A stretch of 64,000 bases of DNA, from assembly GCA_002269645.1 (NCBI GenBank), contig NIVC01001128.1, positions 62,001 through 126,000 on the forward strand, in the 5' to 3' direction. This document shows, one piece after another, positions 36,999-49,600 of this stretch. Positions within the stretch are counted from its first letter, which is position 1. Each line of letters opens with the position of its first letter. The translations under genes were made by a program, and so were the position numbers. Origin of the DNA: Macrostomum lignano (Eukaryota). The notes beneath the pieces are model-generated. The model was not told the origin of the DNA and did no database searches. It saw nothing but the letters and a program-made list of their open reading frames with translations.

Positions 36999-39900
36999 TG
37001 TAGGCAGCGCCTACTATCGTGTGCGTTGGGGTGGTTTGTTATACGCGTGACTCTGATAGCTCCCCCTAGCACTTACAATATGCATGGTACGTGCGACTTT
37101 GCCACCATCCTGACTCAGCTCAATTCAGTCAATAAATATACTGATGGCTAATAAGCTATTATTCTCGCCTGGAAGCTTGGCAACTATCGACTACAACAAA
37201 CAGTCTAGCCTAGCTATAGTCTCGTTTCACTCGCTACAGTCGCATCGCAAGAAAACCGCATCCATCGCTCTAGCACCATGAACCACTTTTTGATCTCAGA
37301 CGACCCTCACAATGCTGGAAAGCGCCGGCGCAAATTGACAGCGCGCTTCACAGATTTTATCGAGAGGCGTCCGGAGTTGCAAATGAGAACTACATGTTGA
37401 AGTGCAAGCTGCTCTGCTACAGTGCCGGAAAGGATCTCTCGCACATCGTACGCTTCGGAGACCCCTCAGCAGGTTATGCTGGTCATCCTCAGGGACTTCG
37501 ACGGTGTCTGGTGGGTCCACGACGACGCGTCATCTTCTACGCCATGGACGCCAAGCAGCACCACGACAGATAGGACGCCTCCGCGAATCGCGGATTCATC
37601 GCCTTCGCGAATTCGGCATCATGCTGAAAAAGGACAAGTGTAAGTTCGCCAAACCGGCTGTTGAATTTCTCGGGATTCACCTGTCAGACAACAAGGGGTA
37701 TCCAACCAGCTGCTGAGAAAATTGGCCCAATGCAAGACTTCGGGTAGCCCGCCAATGTTTAAGAAGTTCGGTCACTTCTCGGCACCGCAAACTCTCTGGC
37801 AAAGTTTATCCCAAGATTATCCGAATCAGCCCCGCTGCGACATTTGACCCAGAAGGGCTAGCCATGGGAGTGGACTGCCAGCCATACTGAGGTACTCAGC
37901 ACCATCGAGAAGGTCATCGCCGGAGCCGACACGCTGGCATTCTTCGACCGCTAGCGGCAGACGGAGCTTCTGGTGGACGCGTCTCCCATCGGTCTTCATT
38001 TTCACCCAGAAGCAGCCAGAGGGCAGCAGCACCAGACCCGTGGCCTACGCCAGCCGAGCTCTGTCGCCGGAGCCCAGGCCAAACATCGGTGAGGTCATCG
38101 ATGCGGCATTCGTCAGTGCCGTATCAGCTGCAAGTTCCGTGCTAAAGGGATTCAGCCTTCAGCAGATCCAAGAGTCTTCAAGGTCTAACACGGAGATCCA
38201 GGCTGCACTATGCGCAATCAGAACCGGCAGCTGGAACATGCTCGACCCGGTGCAACGTGCACTTAAGTCCAGCCGCAGTGAACTGTCCGAGAGCAACGGG
38301 AGACCGGTTCTATAGCTGGCCTATCTCGGTGCGGACAAAACCCTGAAGCGACTGCAGACCAAAGTGTGGTGGCCAAAGATTCGCAGCGACTGCGAAGTCT
38401 TCGTCAAGCGCTGTGTCTGTTGCCAAGCAGCGGCCATGCACGTGCACCAGATGCCTCTGAAGCCGACGGAAATACCGGATGGACCTTGGCAACTGCTCAG
38501 CATGGACTTCTACGGTTCGGTGCAAGGTCAGATGCTGCTGGTCACTACGGACCTGTATTCCAAGTACCCAGAAGTCGACATCATGCAGTCAACGATGGCC
38601 GGCAACGTGACACCGCATTTGAGACGGCTCTTCGGTCCGCACGGCATCCCTGCTGAGGCCATCACGGACGACAACGGGCCGCACTTCAACTTTCTATCGC
38701 AGCTTCCTCAGCGGATACGGAGTTCATCATCGGTTCATCTGTCCGTTGCATCTAGAGTCCAACGGAGCCACTGAGCGTGTCAACTGCAGCATCGGGAAGG
38801 TGGTGGAAGACTGCTGTTGCTGAAGGTCGGTACTGGAGAGAGGCCCTGGACGACTGGCTTCTGGCGTTCCGCACTACGCCTCACCGAGCAACTGGGCGGA
38901 CTCCGGCCGAACTCCTCATGGGCAGACCGATTAACGACGGAATCTCAGCCAGCAGACAGCCGATGTCATCTGGAGTCGGCCAGGAAGCCGTGAAGGACTG
39001 GAACCGGCGGTACACGCATCAGATGAAGAGTTCGTTCGACAGGTCCTCCGCAAGCAGCAGGCACGCAAAATAACGCTGTTGCCATTCGAAACTCAGCCAT
39101 GGACGGTGAAGAGGTTCGATGCGATGCAACCAGCCAGTCCGCCGGCCAGTCCAACGGCCAGTCGTACACCAGCTAGGCCGTTTGTTGAGAAGCGGAGTCT
39201 GCAGCTCAGAGACAGCATCCAAGAGCGGCGCGTGACACGCCGAAGTTCTAATACATAACTGTCGTGCCGTGTAGTTGGCATAAAGAAAATCAAGGTTTAT
39301 TTTAACTAGCAAGTAGATTATTTAATAATGTTTGCTATCTGCAGATGCTTGCTATCTGAGGTGATGCTTGCTATCTGGGTGGATGTTTGCTGTCTTGGGA
39401 ATATTTTCTATTTAGGGGGAATGTCTGTTATCTTTGTGAAAGCTATATATTTTGTTGTCTGTTTGTTAATTTTAGAAAAAAGAGATTTATAGCAAATATC
39501 ATTGTCCGTGACAATTTTACATGAATAATGTGATTTTTAAAAGTGAAGAAGGAATTGGTGTTAAAGAAAATGTGATTTTTTCATTTTCTTCGAACTATTT
39601 TTGCTCCTTGCTTTTTGGGGCCGCACTAGATTGCTAGTAAAGAAACTCCAAGGTTTATTTCAACTAGCAAGTAGCTTATTTCATAATGCACGAGCAGGGG
39701 CTGAGAGAACACCAAAATAGTCACGTGATGACAATCAACTACGTACAAGTATTGTACATAGAAGCTTAGGGGTACGGCCAGTCAGAGCGAAGGGAGAGGA
39801 AAGAATGGTGTGCACGTTCGATGCACGTACATAGCATAAGTTAGTAAGTTAGTCAGTGCCTAGAGCTCAGCGCTCCGGCACCATAATAACTGATCCGCAA

Positions 39901-40239
39901 TTGCCTGAGTGGTGTAACTGTGTGTTTCGTTCAAACAGTTAATTTTTTATCTTTCAATTCCTTGCCTACGTACGCTTACAAATCGTGTGCGTTGGGGTGG
40001 TTGTTAGAGGCTGCGACTCCTCTAGTTCTCCGTACGTACGCTCGTACAATATCAAATCACGGACTACTTAATTGTCGTTAAGTAGTCCGTGTATCAAGTA
40101 TGCATGGTGTGACTTTAGCCACTACTCTGACTTAGCTCAATTCAGTCAATAAATTTACTGATCGTTATTATTCTCGCCTGCAAAGCTTTCGGCAACTATC
40201 GACTACAACAAGCAGTCTAGTCTCGTTTCACTTGCTACA
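36999..40239 (+). mobile_element. Inner degraded Ty3/gypsy element: LTR-A (36999-37238), pol relic (~37560-39070), PPT (~39789-39805), LTR-B (to 40239)
   Basis: TGTAG...CTACA LTR-A; both LTRs share atcgtgtgcgttggggtgg, agctcaattcagtcaataaa and ctcgtttcac..gctaca; KCKF..VEFLG, VDASPIG, WWPKIR..C..C, SMDFYG, DLYSKYPE, RTTPHRATG; flanks ttcgg / ctcgg. Confidence 0.75.
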
Positions 40240-42455
40240 CTCGGGTGCGGTGGTGTCTTTGCTCGGCCGGATATTTGGGTCCGCGTGCAGATCTAGGCCG
40301 CCAGTAAAGTGCTGCCTCTGCTCGTAGTCGACGGCGCCGACTCGGACTTGATTGGCCACGACTGCATGGTTGACTGAGCTGCCTCTGGACTGGCGCGGCA
40401 TCAAGCTGGTGCGGCAGCACCCGCACCAAGAACTCCAGCCAGGCCCTCTAAATATATTACGCCGAAGTTTTTTAGCCAGTCCTCGGTAGATATGCAGGTC
40501 CCGCTGTTTGCCTGCATCTGAAGGCGGATGCGCGCCCGCGATTCTCCAAGGTCCGGAACATCCCGCTCGCACTGAAAGAGAAAGTGAAAGCTCAGCTTGA
40601 AAAGGAGATTGAGCAGAGATGGGCTCCAGCCAGTGAGCAACTCCGACTACGCGTCGCCAATCGTCCGCATCTGCGCTGACTTAATAAAGCAAATGGTGAA
40701 CCTGGACGTACAGCCCGATACCTTACCCGTTGCCGAGGATCGAGGAACTTTTAGCGAAGCTGGCCGGAGGTGAGAAATTCACAAAGCTGGACCTTTCGCA
40801 AGGGTCACAGCTACCGCTGGACGCGGCATCACAGAAGCTGTGCACAATTACTATGTGAAAGGGCCTACTTCGCTACACCAGGCTGCCGTTTAGGGTGGCT
40901 CCGGCGATTGGCATTTTCCAGCGCCAGATGGACTGCTGTTTCATGCTGAAGAAATTCCTCCCGTCACCTGTTTTCGTCGACAGGTGATTGGGGGCGCCCA
41001 GCAGGATGACGCGTTCAAGTCACTGTGCAGCCAGGCGCCGGTACTGCGACCCACAGAAGCCGCTGGTGTTGGAGTGCGACGCCTCGCCCTACGGGATCCG
41101 TGCTGCTATCAGCCACCGCGTTGGCGGCGTCGATCGGCTGATCGCCTTTTGCTTCACGCTCGCTGCATGATGCTGAGACCCGCCACTCACAGCTGGAGAA
41201 GGAGGGCCTAGCGATCGTCTACGGAGTCAAAAAGTTCCAGGAGTATCTTTACGGTCGAGACTTCGCACTGGTCTGCGAACACAAGCCGCTGCTCGGGCTG
41301 CTGCACCAGTCCAAGCCGATTCCGGCACTCGCATCGGGCAGGATTCAGCAGTGGGCGCTCCTCTTGGCCGGCTATCAGTACACCATGGTTCACCGCTCAG
41401 GCAAGACGCTCCTCCAAGCGGACGCGCTGAGCTGGCTACAGCTGCCCGAAAAGCCTGCGGCAGCGCCAACACAGGCCGAGACCGTTCTGCTCATGGACTT
41501 TATGGACGAGAGTCCCATCACGGCTGTCGCATGTTCTGCGTTTCACAGAGTCCGGCTGATGGCCGCAGTGACCACCAACAGAACTACAGCCGTACTGCTC
41601 GCGGGCGAGCCAACTGAGCATCCAGGACGGCTGCCTGCTGTGGGGCTGTCGAGTCGTACATGTAGTTCCCGAGGCCGGTCGAGCTGCGTTGCTGCACGGC
41701 CTGCACCAAGGACACCAAAGGCGCCACGAGGATGAAGGCGCTTGCTCGAAACGTTTTCTGGTGTCCCAATTAGCTGGACGCTGCGATCGAGCAACTCGCC
41801 GCGACGTGCACCGAGTGCCAAGAGACAAAAGGGCACGTACGGACGGCGCCCTACCAGCCGGCATCAAACGGCCAGGCCGAGCGTGCGATGCAAACCCTGA
41901 AAGCGGGCACTGGCGTAGCAGCAAAGCGGTACCTTGGGGGATCGCTTGGGCCGTTTCCTGCCGAGTGACGTCTCACGCGACGACCGAGAGAGCGCCCTGT
42001 GAGCTGGTTGATGGGACGGAGGCTGCACACGTTGCTAGACTGAGTCCGCCCTGACTTTGGGCGCTTTGTGTATAAAGGTTGCGGCTCAGCAGGCGCTTCA
42101 AAAGGAGCAGCACGACGCCCACGCGTGGGATCGATGACCTGGTGCTGGTAAACGATTTCGCGAAAGACGGTCTCTTCGATCAGACCAGCGACGATGATGG
42201 CGAGTTCTAATGCCGTGTCTTACCTGCCGTTTTGAAGATGGATCAGCTGCGCAAGCGGTGGCAGACCGTTTGCAGCAAGAGTTTCTGACACGACTTCAGC
42301 GCCGGCGTCTGAGACTGCTACGGAGAGCGGGCCGCCGATGACCGTCGGCCTGGACGGTGGCCCTCTGGCTGATAGTGCTAATGTGACGGATGCGGCGCAG
42401 CAGATTCAACGCTCGGAGCATAAATAGGGCGCCCAGTGACAACTGGACAAGCTAG

Positions 42456-43143
42456 TTGCTGTTGCGGCGAGTGTCAGCCTGGTGGTCAACACACAGAAGA
42501 CCGTCGTGCTCTGCGTGCCGGACGACATCGAGGCTGCGATTTTGTGCCGAGGCGCTGATGGACAGGCAACAGCTTCCGCGTTGTCAGCAGTTTGTCTACC
42601 TCGGCGGTCTGGTTCCCGGCGTCCGCGAGGCCTGGGCTGCCTTTCGTTCTGTAAGGGCAGTCCTGCAGTCCGAGGCCTTACCTGACCGCCAGAGGGCGGC
42701 GTTGTTTCAGGCGGTGATCGAGACCGTCCTGCTTTACAACGCCGAGACCTGGACGCTGACGGATTCGCTCGAACAGCTGGTCGATGCGGCGCACGCTGGC
42801 CTGCTGCGCGTCGCCTTCAAGATCGGCTATGAGCGAGTCACCAATGCGGCACTCTATCGCCGCACCGGCCTGTCCCGTCCCAGCGAACTGTTGCACCATC
42901 GGCGACTCCAACTAGCAGGCCATTTCATCCGAGCCGAGTCGTACTGCCCAGAGCCGGTGCAGGAGGTGCTGCTGCTAACGCTGCAGGCACCCACCGCGGG
43001 GGCTGGTGCGCACTCGGCATTTCGTCGACTGCCTGCTGGCTGACGCCGGCGCCCCGGATTCGGCCGGCGGCGTGGCGTTCATTCGCGACCTGGCCTTGAA
43101 GTGCGCCCTGGGACGCTAAATGCGTATTCTGTTGTTGTTGTTG
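42456..43143 (+). mobile_element. 5'-truncated RTE-clade LINE fragment ending in (TTG)n
   Basis: VNTQKT, FVYLGG, LFQAVIETVLLYNAETWTLT, VTNAALYRRT, RRLQLAGH; tail ttgttgttgttg at ~43130-43143. Confidence 0.75.
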
Positions 43144-43240
43144 TATACCACTAATTGATCAATTTATGAACCTTATGACGACCTTAACAACTACACTGGT
43201 AGACATTGAAAAGTATCCACCCTGAGCTAGTGAGCCACTT

Positions 43241-43419
43241 CTCTCCAATCGCAACTGCAAGTTACGCAATTGGCATCCCGCGATTCCCGCGCGGGGAACG
43301 GCACGATCATATCAAACTATCGCGCATGCACGCTATTATTCCTTTAGTGTGCAATTGAATAATACCGCGTCTCCGCGCGCGGAATGCAAGTTGCGTAACT
43401 TGCAGTTGCGATCGGAGAG
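43241..43419. mobile_element. MITE with ~42-bp inverted termini
   Basis: ctctcc(a/g)atcgcaactgcaagttacgcaa..gcat.ccgcg on both arms. Confidence 0.75.
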
Positions 43420-44329
43420 TATTAAACGGCTCACTAAAAGTAAGCCATTAAAAGTAAGAATTAAAAGTAATTCTAAGTCAAGCTATTCGGTAGCTCATTA
43501 AGGGGTGTTGTAACCTCACTTAGTTAAATATATTTCGGGCTGTTGTTGGTCGTTTGGGGGCACGTGATATTGCGCATTTTTATGGCGTATTCACATTTTT
43601 TATGCAGAACATTACGTTATTACAAACAATTCATTGTTTGTAGGATCGTCAAAGCAGCATAACAATGCTAAGAATCAGCGGTCCCAGTGCGTGACAACGA
43701 TTGTCTGGCGAGCGCCGGTAGACAATCGTTGTCTCGCACTGGGACCGCTGATTATTTATCCATTGCACGTCGCTCTGTAAATCAAATATATAAGCACTGA
43801 AAGTAAGTAATCGGTATGTTATTCCACCCAAAGCTGAGTCTTTTACCCTGTAAAGGGGAATCGTAATATCTAGCTGATATTTAGCCGTCGAATTTTTCGA
43901 TACATATGACGTCGCTATCCGTCGATGTAATGCAAAAGTACATATTTGTCGATAGACGTCGGCGACTTCGGATTGCAGGTTAAATTCTGTAAGCAAAATT
44001 CCTGCTAGCAAGTTTTATAGTAAAAAATTCCTGCAACTAACTTCGGCAAGCAGCCGATATCTTGCTACTCGTAGCAAATATCTTATACCCTCGATTGTAT
44101 GCACAACCTAGCAAACATGCACTAAATAGTAATACAAAAAATAAAAAGTGTAGAATGCGCAGGGAGGCAGTTCCGGACATCCAATTTGCACTCCGTGACC
44201 CCACTCAGCCTATCCGCTTCCCTTTGCCCGAGCTCAATGAACCGGAAATCTAAGTGTCTGAAGTAGAATCTAAGTGGAAATCCTTCTGTATACTGCAGGA
44301 AAAAGGTTGCCGACATCTTTAAAGAGATC

Positions 44330-46000
44330 TCAGAGATGCGTCAAGCCACTGATCAGCCGGAGCGCTCGACTCGAAACGCTCGACTCACTTTTTATAGCGA
44401 CGCTTACTCCGCACTTCCAAGGACGCGACAATGTGGTTTTCACCCGGTACCAATTCCGCCAGTTCACGCAGCTGGACGGGGAAGCCATCTACAGCTGGTA
44501 CAACTGCAGACTGTGCAACGCGGCTGAGGCCTGCCAGTTCGGAGAGCTGCGCCAGTCCCTCATCTGCTATCAGATCGTCGCCTGCTGCCGCAGCGACTCC
44601 CTCCGCAAGCGGCTGCTCTAGGTGCCCATGCAACATCAGCCTCCCCGAGGCCCTCCAGCTGGTGAGAACAAACGAAGCAGCCAGCCTGCAGGCGGCCATC
44701 ATGGAGCGCTCAGCAGCTGGACCAGCTGAAGAAGCTCATGCGGCTCGCGACAAGCGCCCCGCCAGGTACCCGCCAGCCAGCCCGTCTGACAAATGCCTGC
44801 GGTGCGGAGAGCCCGGCCACCGCACATGCAACCGGGCCCAAGGCAAGCGCTGCAGCAACTGCGGAAAGCTGCAACACCTGGCGAAGGCCTGCCTAAGCGG
44901 CCGCGCACGCATCAACATGGCAGAGCCTGAGCCAGAGGAACCAGCAGTGGCGCACCTAACGGAGGCGGTATTCTCCAGCCTCGACCCCAGCCGCAAAAGC
45001 GTCACCTTCAAAGCGGTCATCAACGGCTCGAACGTACCCGTCCTAATCGACAGCGGCGCTAGCTGCAACGTGCTCAGCCAGCAGACCCTTCGCCTAACGG
45101 GAGCACCCAAGCGGGCGCTTCAGCCTACACACACAAGGTTGCATCAAGGGTGTCTCAGTCAGCATCCAACAGAAGGAAGAAGCGGTGCCAGTCTGCCACC
45201 CTCCGTCTCGAGTCTCGGTGCATCTCCGAACCGCCGTGGAAAAGGAGCTGAAGAACCAGCTGGCAGCCGCGGCATCCTGGAGTGAGTGACGCGGCCCAGC
45301 ACCTGGAGTTCACGTAATGGTATTCACGCAGGACCCGTTGGATGTCAATATAAGTACGTCATCCCAGAAAAGCAGCCAATACCGACCTTCGAAGAAGTCA
45401 CCGACGAGACAGCATGGCTCCACCTATTTCTTCAAACTGGATGTTGCCAAAAGGCCTTCCACCAGATCGAGGTCAGCGAGGAGTCACGGCAGCTGCTTAC
45501 TTTCTCAACACCTCTAAGCCTGCTCCGCCTCAAGCGCCTTTGCATGGGGATTTACCTCAGCGTCCGAAATCCTACAGCGCGTCATGACATCCCTGAGCAG
45601 TTTGAGAGGCGAGCGGTGGGTCCATGACGACATCATCATCTTTGCCACCACCCACAAAAGAGCACAACGAGAGGCTGCGCAACTGCACAAACTCACACAG
45701 GAGTGCACTGCGGCCCTAACTTTATTTGCCTTGACGCTGCGCCAACACAACGTGACTCTGAACCCGCGCAAATGTCGCATTGCAACCCAGCAGGTCGACT
45801 TCCTGGCCATGCGCCTCTCGCGGTGGCCTTAATCCAACCGACCGAGGAAAAGCTGGAGGCTGTGGCCAACTTCGGTCGTGGGGAGCCAACAACAAGCCTC
45901 CACCTTCCAGTCCATCAAGCAGTCGATCGCACACATGCACAGTACCCCGCTGGCCTTCTTCAACAAGAACTGCGAGACCAGGCTGATCGTCGACACACAT
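44330..46000 (+). mobile_element. Degraded Ty3/gypsy gag-pol fragment
   Basis: Gag-like RYQFRQFTQ..FGELR..LRKRLL; zinc knuckles CLRCGEPGH and CSNCGKLQHLAKAC; protease LIDSGASCNV; RT relics VHDDIII and NPRKC. Confidence 0.8.
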
Positions 46001-46655
46001 GTAGCACATGGCATATGCAAAATCAGCATAAACATAGTATGTCTGTACGCAAGCAAATATTGTCTCTCTCATCTAGCTAGTTAAATAGCTAGCTTTTTGG
46101 GTACACCGCGGCCCCAAATTTCAATCCCCGCGCGCTCTGCCTGGGTTTGAACTAGCTACTGGGTGTACTGTGTACATGCAACACACACCCTAGCTGAGTT
46201 AAAGAAAAAGAAATGAACGCAAACGGAGAGAGGGGGAGAGAAAGATAGCTAGCCCAGACTGAACAACCAAAGCCCGCACGCAGGCTGAACACATTTCTTG
46301 GAATAAAAGCTACGTTCTTTCAACGTTTGGCCAGAAAAGCACACGAAAAAACAGCCACTTATTAGACTAGAGTAGGTTAGAGTTTATCAAATTTAATTAA
46401 CCAGAAGTGTACATTACTAATAATAAGGCAGCTATAGCTCTCTGAGCTGTCGCAAGTTTTTGCAGTAGAAATAGACAGCTTGGTACCTTAATTCTTTTTC
46501 ATAGAATTTCGATCATTCAAACTTACAATTCCAAGAAATCAAATCGACAAGCAGCTAGAGGCTAGAGCTTCTGGTGCATTAAATTTGTGTTGTCGAGTCT
46601 AAATTTCCTCATGTCTTTTGCTTCAGTTGGCCAGCTTCAGCAGCAGCAAGCACCA

Positions 46656-49600
46656 ATGAGCCTTCTGGACGAGGACTTTGAAGTAATTAGTAGCGATCAG
46701 TCAATCAGTCCTTACGAGATGTCGCTTTTGCCACCCCAACAACATCCGCCGCCGCCGCAACCCCCTGCTTCTGCTTCTACCAGTGAAGTTCAGAACCTGC
46801 GAGGATATAACGCAGGTATGGCTATAGAAATAGTTCAGTTCTGTTTTTTTATTTTCATTAAAACATAGGCCTAATGTGTATCTCTATATTAATATTTGGC
46901 AGATCAGAATCATTTTACAATTTTAATATCTTATTCTTTTTTTTCTAATTTAATAATTAGAATCCAGTCTTCTAGGATTTAGAAATTAGAAATTCACTGA
47001 CTAAAGCGAGTTCAGCATCTTACTTAGGCCTAGTGTTTGAGTCCTATCCTTATTAGGTCTAGAGATCAAAATTTAGATCTCTACTAGATCTAAATTAAAT
47101 CTACTTTTTGAGATCAAATTTTAGGAATTTTTAATTAACTTTCAGATTTAGTTAGAGACTAAGGTTTATAAATCATAATTCATTATATTATAGTTTAGGG
47201 CCTATCCTATATCATTTATATTAAGGCTAGGGTGTAGATCTGATAATTTTTAAGACATAAAAATTTCATTATTTTCTTTCTAGTTCTAAGCCTAAGGATC
47301 ATTAGAATAATTAGAATTTGGGATCTAGGGATCACTATTATATTAGAATCCTAGGATTTATCTTTAGTGATGTTTGTTAAATTCATAGGATTTGGGATTT
47401 TTGGATTTATAGTAGTGATGGACCGAATGTGGATTTTTGCAAGTTTCCGAAACCGAATCCAAATGTACAAAAAAAATCCGAATCCAAATCCGAATGTTTC
47501 CGAATGTAAGCAAAAAGTGTAAGGTAAACGGCGGGAGTAGCTATGACTCTTTTAATTTACGAAAATGTCTCGTCATCTAATTAGTGCGCATATAAATTGA
47601 CTGACAAGATTCCATCTCTCCTAGGATTATATTCGTACTCGTACTTTTATCTTAGGGGTCGGATGTGATCACAATCGTGAATTCAAGACCATTTTTTCAC
47701 GATAGTGATTTTGTTGAAACCTGTTCCAACAGTTGTGAATTTGTGGTAGGCCGGTCTACCACTGGGGTGAACGACGGCAGGCCTCCAGCGCGGACAACGG
47801 CGGGACAAACTGCCCAATTCCTTAGGATGACGAATTGATGTCATGTTTTAATTTTGTTCCCTGGTTTTTTCCCCCGGTTGTCCCCGCCTTTGCTCCCTCA
47901 TCTGTTCCCTTTTCTGTTCCCTTCCCTTGTCCCATCCTCTGTCCCACCCCTGGGATCTTTCACGCCAATATGTTATATATGCGTTGACTTTGGAGTCATC
48001 TTTTACCTCCTCCTCTTCTTTGGTTCTTGTTGTTGTTGGTTTGATTGTTTGTTACCTTTCCTCCTTTTCGTTCTGCTCCTGTATCTCGCGTAGTTATAAT
48101 AACGAATCATAATAATAACGAACTAATAAAAAGTCCGGAACTAACATCTAATATTTATTCAGTTGTTCAGAATCGAAGCCTTTAGTTTCAATTGAGTCAT
48201 TTGCCCTCGGGGCGTAAAATAACCAATCAGTCTCATCTCAAAGAAAGCTCTGAGACCCTCTACGTTCCGTAAAACAATATTTACGGTGGTGGCAGCGCTA
48301 CTTTACTACTGAGAGTAACACAACTAGCAATCTCGACAAATTACGAGTTTATGGTGTCTTAGGACCCATTCTGAACGACTCGGGCCGCTACTAGACCGCT
48401 CGACTGCAATTACAACTACCCTCCCCCCAGAATTGAGGACCCGGCAGATGGAGTAACCAAGGAGAAGAATCAACGCAATTGTACAATTTTTCCGGCTTTA
48501 CGTGCCGACGACAAACCCAACCCTAATCTTACAATTTCAAAAATTTTATTTTCTTCTCCACCCCACCTCAAATTTCTGATTATGTTTTTATTAGAAATAT
48601 AACTCTTCTACTTGATTTACCAAAAAACGTGAACACAAATGTGTAAAGAATTAACAAATTTTAAATTTGTTGACTTGACAGCATTACAGCCAAGTAGCTA
48701 TTATCAATATACGAGTATGATTTCTTTTCTTGTTTGTTATTTTCAACACTTGTAACTTACGAGCTCAATATACATGTATGCTAATATAAATTCACAATCA
48801 CGATCACCCCTGACTTTGAAAAATTCACGCATGACCAAAATCTTCTACTTGTCCGACCTCTACTGATATCTATCGCAAAACCAAATTTAAAGAGACGGAC
48901 TTAGATAGGAAATTCAGTTCTACTTCTACCGTGTTACATGAACATCTAATTCTAGTACTACTGACTATAGCTAATGAGTGACATATAATATATACAGTGC
49001 AATTATGATAATTTTACCGTACATACATACAGTCTGTGTGACCCGTGCAGTTGCAGTTTTGCATTTTGAAAAAACCTGTTATTACACTTGAACAATAATT
49101 ACCAAAATATTTCCGTAACTTTAGGTTTATTGTCTTACGGGTCCCTAGGTTTAGTAAATTTACTTATTCAACTTTTTTCAAACATATATTGCTGCAAAAA
49201 TAGACAATCGTAGAAAAAAAGAATAACGTGATAGATTTTGCTCTTTGCCTTTTAATTTTCTTTCTTTTTAGTTTTTAGTTTCTTTATTTAACGGGTTGCA
49301 TGCTTTGGTTTCTTGATTTGTAATATTTATTTTAGATTTGAATTTTAGAAGCACATTCGGAAATATTTGGAAAAAAAATTTCTGAATCCGAAACATTCGG
49401 ATTCCTATGAAAGTAAGACTTTTTTCGGATTCGGATTCTGAATCCGAATATTCAGATCCATCACTAATTTATAGATCTCTTATTAAAATCCTAGGATTGG
49501 GGATTTGAAAATCACTATTCAGAACCCTAGAATTGGATTTTTGGGATCACTATTAGAATCTTAAGATTGGGAACTTGGGAATCACTATTAGAATCCTATT

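Larger units (their letters stand above)
36264..42250 (+). mobile_element. Degraded Ty3/gypsy pol (outer element) interrupted by two insertions
   Basis: Protease MEFDTGAS at ~36320 continuing at 40245 (LPLLVVDG..LIG.D); RT PRIEELLAKLAGGEKFTKLDLS and RLPF; RNase H LECDASPYG and LEKEGLAIVYGVKKF; integrase PASNGQAERA. Confidence 0.8.

Noticed and set aside
39270-39695. ~55-bp direct repeat (aaggtttatttt.aactagcaagtag) suggesting a - strand LTR
   Set aside because: Too short and boundaries unclear; no PBS, PPT or TSD
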